Assembly: GCA_049521795.1 (NCBI GenBank)
Contig: JBEKOM010000001.1
Location: 544,001 to 608,000, forward strand
Direction: 5' to 3'
Origin: Candidatus Bathyarchaeia archaeon
Lineage (GTDB): Archaea; Thermoproteota; Bathyarchaeia; Bathyarchaeales; Bathycorpusculaceae
Length of the DNA stretch: 64,000 nt
Part shown: one piece after another, positions 57,639-64,000 of the stretch
How the letters are laid out: each line of letters opens with the position of its first letter
How positions within the stretch are numbered: the first letter of the stretch is position 1
Position numbers and translations under genes: made by a program
Notes under the pieces: generated by a model
The model's input: the letters and a program-made list of their open reading frames with translations, nothing else
Databases searched by the model: none
What the model was told of the DNA's origin: nothing

Positions 57639-58667
57639 CTATTTGGAGGTTTGAAGCTCGATGCGGGCGGAAAGGTAGCAAACGATGGCTTCGGCTCCTT
57701 GGTTGTAGTTCAGTCCTTTTTCAGTTATTCCGTCGTAGCAGCCGCCCGTTGTGGAATTATAAACAAAGGCGTTTTGGGTGTTCTTCCCGAGAAACCAGTT
57801 GAAGATTGTTCGTGCCATAATTTTGTAGTGGCGGTTGCCTGTTTCGCGGTAAGCTGACAACGCTGCTTCCGTCATTGAAGCTGCTTCCACGGATTGCTGA
57901 TCGTATATGGACCGCGGTTCTCCTTTTTTGTACCAGCCGTGGTTGCCTATGGGTATGAATTTGTCGTTTAGTATCTGAACTTCAAGGAGGAACTTTAGCG
58001 ATTCATCTGCAACTCGAATGTATTTGGCTTGTTTTGTTTCTCGGTAGGCTTCGAAAAGGGCTTGCGGGATTCTACCGTTTACGTAGGTGAGGTAAGGTTC
58101 AAACCAGCGCCAGTCGTTGGAGCGCGTGTTTGTGTAGTATTCGAGCAGTTTGTCTGATAGTGTCTTTATGTTCTGGGTTAGGTTTTCGTCTTTTGTGTAA
58201 GCCTTGTGGTAATGACTTAGGCCAAGTATTGCGAAGGCTTTCGCTCTGGGGGATTTGAAGAAGCATGCCCATCGAAAGGCTTTATCGAAGATTTCTTTTG
58301 CTAGAAGTCTCCTCTCGGTTGATAGCTTGCTATTTATTACGTATCCGCAGGCCCATAGGGTGCGACCTTCACAATCTTCGGAGCCTTCGTCGTCGATGAA
58401 GTTTCGATCGTAGCTTAGGAAGTTATGCATTTTGCCGTCTGCTCTTTGCATGTGCAATAGGAAGCTTAGGTATGTGTCTATCAACCTGTCCGATTTGGAG
58501 TTTCCTTTGATTTGGCTGTGCTTGCTGATGGCTATTAGGGCTCGGGCGTTGTCGTCGGTTGTGTATCCTTCTAGCCGATTTGGTGTTCCGAATTTCGAAT
58601 GTTGAAAGATACCAGTATCGTCTGTGATTGCTTTGAGGAAGTTTAGTTTGATAGGTGGGAGATTCAC
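57639..58667 (-). CDS. Glycosyltransferase-associated (alpha/alpha)6-like protein
   Basis: GIFQH, GYTTDDNARAL, SED-x-x-GR, WFE-x-x-LTY-x-N, DQQ-x-VE, GGCYDG, NQGAE. Confidence 0.8.
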   Translation of the reverse strand: MNLPPIKLNFLKAITDDTGIFQHSKFGTPNRLEGYTTDDNARALIAISKHSQIKGNSKSDRLIDTYLSFLLHMQRADGKMHNFLSYDRNFIDDEGSEDCEGRTLWACGYVINSKLSTERRLLAKEIFDKAFRWACFFKSPRAKAFAILGLSHYHKAYTKDENLTQNIKTLSDKLLEYYTNTRSNDWRWFEPYLTYVNGRIPQALFEAYRETKQAKYIRVADESLKFLLEVQILNDKFIPIGNHGWYKKGEPRSIYDQQSVEAASMTEAALSAYRETGNRHYKIMARTIFNWFLGKNTQNAFVYNSTTGGCYDGITEKGLNYNQGAEAIVCYLSARIELQTSK

Positions 58668-58679
58668 GTGAGCGTCCTC

Positions 58680-59858
58680 TTAAGCGTGTATCGCTTGTTT
58701 GAGTATGTCTGTGTATTTTTGGGCGACCTTTGGCCATATGAAGCTTCGACTGTATCTGTAAGCTTTCTTCTCTATGTCTCTTCTCAGGTCTTCGTTTTCT
58801 AGAAGTCTGTTCACTTCTTCGGCGATTGAGCCTGGGTTTTTAAACTCGCAGAACAAGCCTCGTCCGTGAGACAGCACCTCTTTAGCGTGGAGGTAGGGAG
58901 TTGATACTACTGCTCTACCGGCTCCTAGAGCGTAGACTAATGTGCCGCTGCTGATTTGGTTTGGGCCGATGTAGGGTGTGATGTAGATGTCTGTGGCGTG
59001 GAGGTACCTTATTAGTTCTCTTTTTGTTAGGAAGCGGTTGTGAAATCTGACGTGATTCTTTAGCCCCAGTTGGTCGACTAGTTTGATGAGGTTCATGCGG
59101 TATGATTCGCCTTCGATTTTTCTTACTTCGGGGTGTGTTTCGCCGATTATTAGGTAGAGTATGTTTGGATGTTTTTCAACTAGGGGTGGGAGTGCTTGAA
59201 TGGCGTACTCGATGCCTTTGCCTCCGTTTATTAGGCCGAAAGTGGACAGGATGGTTCTTCCTTTCAAACCCAGCGAAGGCTTTACGCTGTCACTAGTTAA
59301 GAAAGGGATGTCTGGGCAACCGTGTTGGACGACGTTGATTTTCTTGTTCGGGACGTCGTATTCCTTGAGAATGTTCTTGCCGGCTTTAGCCATGACCACG
59401 ATTGCTTTGCTGTAAGCGGTGATTTCTTTCAGCACGTTTCGTGCTTTCGGCTCAAAGTCTGGTTGGACTGTATGAAGTGTGGTTATGACCGGTTTCTGTA
59501 CGCTTTGTAGGAAGGAGAGAATATACTTTCCCCATTCTCCTCCGTATATTCCGAATTCATGTTGCAGGTTTACTACGTTGATTCGGGATGAGTTGATGTA
59601 GTTGGCGGCTTGAACATAATCCTCTTCATAATCCTGCCTTATCTGTTGTTTGACTCGGCTGTCGTAGTCGTAGATTGTCTCTATTTCGTTTACGCTTATG
59701 ACTCGGGCTGGGGCAAATTCAGCGAGAAGGTCTATGGAGTCGATTAGGTCTTTCGTGAAGGTGGCTATGCCGCATTCTCTGGGGGTGTATGTGCCTAGAA
59801 AGGCAATGTGTTCTTCGTTTGATTCTGGAACTCGAGGTTTTGTGGACAATTCTGACAT
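58680..59858 (-). CDS. GT4 family glycosyltransferase
   Basis: Y-x-PRECGIATFT, QHEFGIYGG, KGIE, G-x-THP, SSGTL, VVSTPY. Confidence 0.92.
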   Translation of the reverse strand: MSELSTKPRVPESNEEHIAFLGTYTPRECGIATFTKDLIDSIDLLAEFAPARVISVNEIETIYDYDSRVKQQIRQDYEEDYVQAANYINSSRINVVNLQHEFGIYGGEWGKYILSFLQSVQKPVITTLHTVQPDFEPKARNVLKEITAYSKAIVVMAKAGKNILKEYDVPNKKINVVQHGCPDIPFLTSDSVKPSLGLKGRTILSTFGLINGGKGIEYAIQALPPLVEKHPNILYLIIGETHPEVRKIEGESYRMNLIKLVDQLGLKNHVRFHNRFLTKRELIRYLHATDIYITPYIGPNQISSGTLVYALGAGRAVVSTPYLHAKEVLSHGRGLFCEFKNPGSIAEEVNRLLENEDLRRDIEKKAYRYSRSFIWPKVAQKYTDILKQAIHA

Positions 59859-60086
59859 TACCTTGCCTGAATTAGCGCGCGCTAAGTGTTAAATACTTTT
59901 CAGACTTCGCATACAATGATTACTGAGTAGCGCGCGCGGAAACGCAAAGGAAACACCGCTAGCCCGCATCATAAACGATTATGATTGGCAAAGAAAAGCT
60001 CTGATTAAGACTCTAGTAGAAAAAGGACCGATGGGGCTGCGCGCGCCAGTCCGTTGCTAAATTAGCTTTTATGTGTTTATTCCGCT

Positions 60087-60805
60087 GGTTCTGTTAACTC
60101 TTGGGCGCTATAGTGAGCTTTGGAAATGTCTGTTAACCATCGGCGCTTTTTTTGCACGAGATAATGATGTGTCTTGATACAAATGGCGATTAGGGAATTA
60201 ACCGAGCAGAAAAAAGAGGGAAGCCTGAAACCAGAATAGGATCAGTTGAGGTTATTTTTCCTTCTTCGGCGTGGGCATAAGGCCGAGTTGCTGCATCAAG
60301 CTCAAAGTATCATACCTTGACCAGCCTTCCACGAACTTGCCCCCGGCGAAGCGGTCAATCTGGATCTCCCACACCGTTATCTTCTTGTTGGTAGGAGGGA
60401 TTCCCATAAATGCACCTTTGTTTGTGCCAGTCCCTGTAAGGCGCACTGCTACCTTGTCTCCTTCGGCGACCATGTCATCAATGGTGAAATGAAGGTCTGG
60501 AAAAGCGCTGTAGAACTCGCTGATATGTTGTTTATAGTCCTTGATGCCGTGTATATCCCTGCCAGTGCTACTGTGATAGACGATGTCGGTGGCGTATAAC
60601 TCGTCTATTACGGCCAGGGCCGCTTCCTTCCCCTCGTTGCACTCCTCATACAAACGACGCTCGAGTGCCTTAATTTCTTTCGCTGACATGACAAATCACC
60701 TGCTTATTGCATTAACTGTATCTGTTATTTATAACATTAAAGTATCCTCTCAGGTAGCACGTGCTACTTCGTAGTCCATGCGCGCGCCGAAGGGTTAACA
60801 GAACC
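60087..60805. mobile_element. 719-bp non-autonomous IS6-type insertion cassette carrying one gene
   Basis: IRs GGTTCTGTTAACTCTTGGGCGC / GGTTCTGTTAACCCTTCGGCGC (20/22); flanking 8-mers ATTCCGCT (60079-60086) and ATTCAGCT (60806-60813); no transposase inside. Confidence 0.88.
60252..60689 (-). CDS. SnoaL-like ester cyclase family protein
   Basis: AFPDLHFTIDDMVAEGDKV, GTNKGAFMGIPPTNK, LMQQLG; AGGTGA SD. Confidence 0.93.
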   Translation of the reverse strand: MSAKEIKALERRLYEECNEGKEAALAVIDELYATDIVYHSSTGRDIHGIKDYKQHISEFYSAFPDLHFTIDDMVAEGDKVAVRLTGTGTNKGAFMGIPPTNKKITVWEIQIDRFAGGKFVEGWSRYDTLSLMQQLGLMPTPKKEK

Positions 60806-61280
60806 ATTCAGCTCATTTTGCAAGTAATGTTATGGATCGTGCTTTTTCTACGATTTGCATCCTGAGTGCAGCAACCGCATTCAGAAGTTTGACAATCCTT
60901 ATCAGACAATGGTTAAGCTGGATTATAAGGGCGAAGTTTCAAGAGCCATCGAAGCTGAAACTGGTGAAAAACTGGCTTTTCCTAGGTTGCCGCAGGACAT
61001 TCAGGATCGCTATGAGAATTGGAGGGCCGAGTGTAACAAGCGGTTTGATGAGGGTGAAGGCGAATGGCGACTAAGAAGCATTTTGAACGTGTTGACTGAT
61101 GAGGCTAAGGAACTGTTGACCTCCATAGTTCAGCATGGCAGTTACGAGCGACAGTCCATCATCACCGACATGAAGAAGGGGGACGAGTTGAAGCTGTTGA
61201 TTAACTGCGGTTTGGTGGAGAAGTTTGGGGACACGATTGTTCCGACTAAACAAGCTCGGAAAATGGTGAAGCTAGTTTGA

Positions 61281-61484
61281 TTACATTATTCCCATTTTCT
61301 TTTCGTAAGGCTTGCTCGTTCCTGCATAAACAGCAATAGTCTTGTCTGACACGATCATCGTAAACCGTTTCAAGTCATCCCGAGTCATCTCATACTCTTC
61401 TGTCAACTGCTTCACCCTCTCCGCTCTCTCTCGATGAGGCCACGTGGCATCCTCGGTTTTTCCATTTGCAAGTGACTCCTTCAC
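61281..61484 (-). CDS. Hypothetical small protein or gene remnant
   Basis: 67-aa ORF whose stop abuts the stop of the convergent gene. Confidence 0.35.
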   Translation of the reverse strand: MKESLANGKTEDATWPHRERAERVKQLTEEYEMTRDDLKRFTMIVSDKTIAVYAGTSKPYEKKMGIM

Positions 61485-61531
61485 AAAAAGCTAAAAGCAC
61501 GGGGATACGGGGTATCTTTCGGTTGTCGCTC

Positions 61532-62617
61532 ATGAAAACTCAGATAGTCTATGAAACAAACATCGATTTTGGGGCTTCAGTTGAAAAGATCGCAGAGTCC
61601 ACACTTATTGTTTGGGATAGAACTGAAAGAGCCCTTGTTTGGTTTCAGATCAAAGGAACTACAACGGTCTTCGTGCTGTCTCCTCGCGGTAAGATGCAAG
61701 TGAAATGGGAAAACCCGGAGGAAAAGAGAATCTTCATGAAAGTGATAGAAAACATACTTGTTCCCAGAGATGGACAAAAGCTAGAAACCAAACCGGTTAG
61801 CCAGCAGGCTTTTGTTAAGTATCCGCCTCCAGAGAAGTTCAGGTTGTATTGGTGTGATGAAACAACGGAATATGAAAGGCAGGCCCTCCAAAAAGAGATG
61901 TATGGAGATGCGTTTGCAACCGCTCTCTCCACTGGAAAATTCGTGCTGGCAACTGTTGGCAAATCGGAGATTCAGCGGGAGGTATGTGAGATGCGGTTGG
62001 AGCAGATTGAGCGATATCTACAGAACTCTTCTTTGTCAACGCGTCTGGCAACGAGAGGAGAAGAAGCGCGGTTCTTTCTAACAAACCTCGTATCAGAGTT
62101 TAGCGAAAATGCACAGGAATTCTCAGTTATGATGCTTCAGTCAAAAGAAGGTACGCGTGTTCAATTAACTGAAGAAGAAATGCTTCACCTGCTAGGGAAG
62201 GCAGAGAAACGTGATTTGATTCGCAGTGTGTTCAATGCGCGATGGAATCTGGCTCGATCTCATCCCACAAAAGACGACTTACCAATCGCGGACCAAAGGT
62301 TCGGTGAAACATGGATCGTTCTGCGTTGGAAACCGGCCCCGAGATTGCCAAGAAAGAGGCTTGACACTGTGAGTTTTGCTCGCGAAGAGAAATGTTTTGT
62401 CGAATGGTTAGGACAGTTCAAGAGACTGTCATATAACAAGAAGCTTGTCGATTACGCGATGGGGCCAGGACCTCGCGGTACTGCGGATTGGCTGTCTGCA
62501 ACCGATCATTGGAGTTCTGAAGACAAAAAGAAATTCAGTTTACTAAGAGAAAAGTATTCTGAATACCGAAGAAAGAAGAGCAGAATTGAAACCATCTATT
62601 TTAGAGGATTGTCTTAG
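61532..62617 (+). CDS. Hypothetical protein with a possible N-terminal TBP-like domain
   Basis: Long ORF; first about 90 aa follow the TBP repeat pattern by eye. Confidence 0.7.
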   Translation: MKTQIVYETNIDFGASVEKIAESTLIVWDRTERALVWFQIKGTTTVFVLSPRGKMQVKWENPEEKRIFMKVIENILVPRDGQKLETKPVSQQAFVKYPPPEKFRLYWCDETTEYERQALQKEMYGDAFATALSTGKFVLATVGKSEIQREVCEMRLEQIERYLQNSSLSTRLATRGEEARFFLTNLVSEFSENAQEFSVMMLQSKEGTRVQLTEEEMLHLLGKAEKRDLIRSVFNARWNLARSHPTKDDLPIADQRFGETWIVLRWKPAPRLPRKRLDTVSFAREEKCFVEWLGQFKRLSYNKKLVDYAMGPGPRGTADWLSATDHWSSEDKKKFSLLREKYSEYRRKKSRIETIYFRGLS

Positions 62618-62692
62618 AAGCGCGCGCTATTTACTCCTCAGAGGCTTTTTACACTATCAAGGTAAGATAAATATCCAGCGACAAACCTTTCA

Positions 62693-63724
62693 ATGGCAAT
62701 GATTTCCAACAAAAAACGTGAAAAGAAATCAAAAAAGAACTACGAAAATGCTTGCTCGAAAGGATACTGTCCGAGTTTAGCAGAGAGGGAAAACAGCAGG
62801 GTAAAAGAGCTGGCAAATAGGCTCAACGCAACTTCAGATAAAGAGGTTTTGACAAATGTGTTGGAATGGCAGGATAGAAATATAGTTTTTTGGTTCGAAC
62901 GGTATCCGTTAGCTCTTGCCATATGGGGCGCTTTCTTGGGCGTTGCTATATTGGGGGCAATCATTGTTCTCTTGGTTACAAATCCCTTTGTGAGTTTGAT
63001 TTCCCCGATATTGTTCGAGTGTTTTACTGTTGTTGCTTCAGTTTTTGTAACCTTATCGTTAATAGCGATTTACATGATTCATTCTTACAGAAAACTTCCG
63101 TTAAAACACCTGCGCGACATCTTTGCATTTAGTCTCTCGATAAACTCGATTCTTGAAAATAAACTGTGTGTTTGCAGAGACTACGCAAAACTAACGGCCT
63201 GTTTATTGTTTAAAAAATATCCTCAACTGGAAATCTATTTCGTTCAAGCCCCGAATCATGTAGCAACTGGAATGATGATTGATAAGAAGTTGTACATTCT
63301 AGACCAGCGGCTACCAGTAGTTACCATTGATAGGTGGCACAAACGATGGCATAAATATAAATTTTCAAAGAAAACCGTTGAAAGGGTTAAGGGAACGAGT
63401 CTGGAATCAGTTTGCCTCAATTGCCTTTTGTCAAAAACGAACTTACCAGAACTGGATAAAGATAAACTAGCGAATGAACTGAAAAGGCGTTTAAACATTC
63501 AAAGTTCGACGATTGACACAGAAGGTGTTCCATTGAAAATAATGCAGTGGAAAAAGGGAGCTATCCTCTATGAGGATGACGAAATCGTCAATTACTCTCT
63601 TGCGCGACGACTTAAGATGCTAATTTCTCGCGAAATGTTAGATGTAAATAATGTAATAAATATCAAAATAGACCAAAAGAAAGACGACTTAATTTTTCGA
63701 GTTGACCTCAAATCGAATAAATGA
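62693..63724 (+). CDS. Membrane-bound transglutaminase-like cysteine protease
   Basis: Two TM helices, then VCRDYAKL, NHVA, YILDQ (Cys-His-Asp triad). Confidence 0.87.
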   Translation: MAMISNKKREKKSKKNYENACSKGYCPSLAERENSRVKELANRLNATSDKEVLTNVLEWQDRNIVFWFERYPLALAIWGAFLGVAILGAIIVLLVTNPFVSLISPILFECFTVVASVFVTLSLIAIYMIHSYRKLPLKHLRDIFAFSLSINSILENKLCVCRDYAKLTACLLFKKYPQLEIYFVQAPNHVATGMMIDKKLYILDQRLPVVTIDRWHKRWHKYKFSKKTVERVKGTSLESVCLNCLLSKTNLPELDKDKLANELKRRLNIQSSTIDTEGVPLKIMQWKKGAILYEDDEIVNYSLARRLKMLISREMLDVNNVINIKIDQKKDDLIFRVDLKSNK

Positions 63725-64000
63725 ACCAATCTTTTGTCCAAGATTTTCAAAATAAAGACGGTTTGTATTTGCTGTTTGTTTGTGTGATATGTATGTGCGC
63801 GAGCGTTCCCCAAAAAGGAACCGTGAATCTGGACTAGTGCGCGCTATCGAGATGTCTTCTCAGGGTTCTTATCGTGTCCAACTTGAGTTGTGGGGCTGAA
63901 AAGGGATTTATCAAAAAGTACTGCTTGCGAAAAGGGCGCGCGTTGATTATTAATCCCTGAAGGCATTTTGCCTCATTCAGGAAGAATAGTCCGTCTTTCA

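Larger units (their letters stand above)
60071..61280 (+). pseudogene. Cys-rich / C-terminal wHTH-like gene interrupted by the cassette
   Basis: Removing the cassette and one TSD copy gives in-frame MCLF(R/S)SFCK*CYGSCFFYDLHPEC joined to ORF 60855-61280; TAA at 60825. Confidence 0.7.

Overview
Archaeal chromosomal window, most likely Bathyarchaeia (inference from uS15/eS1/Pcc1/Alba genes, HdrA-MvhD, dockerin and VGG-anchored surface proteins). Core blocks: acyl-CoA dehydrogenase with etfAB; rps15-DHH-pcc1-serS-rps3ae; an hdrC::gltD-like fusion, hdrA::mvhD and korDABC operon; pst/phoU phosphate uptake locus; ABC transporters; an S8 protease. The accessory DNA holds several mobility signals not visible in the ORF track. 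(1) A 3,851-bp IS6-family element (40502-44352) with bipartite ~52-bp inverted repeats, a perfect 8-bp target duplication, a SWIM/Zn-ribbon DDE transposase and passenger genes on both sides. (2) A 719-bp non-autonomous cassette with related GGTTCTGT ends carrying one SnoaL-like gene, inserted into the first codons of a Cys-rich gene. (3) Three directly repeated 11-6-11 recombinase-like sites at 8.2-9.3 kb that delimit single-gene modules. (4) A 105-bp direct repeat with 13-bp iterons bracketing a 4.6-kb island of tiny DNA-binding/basic proteins. (5) Two tRNA 3'-end remnants at 55.4-55.5 kb that may mark an island border. All product calls rest on motifs recognised by eye; no searches were run.
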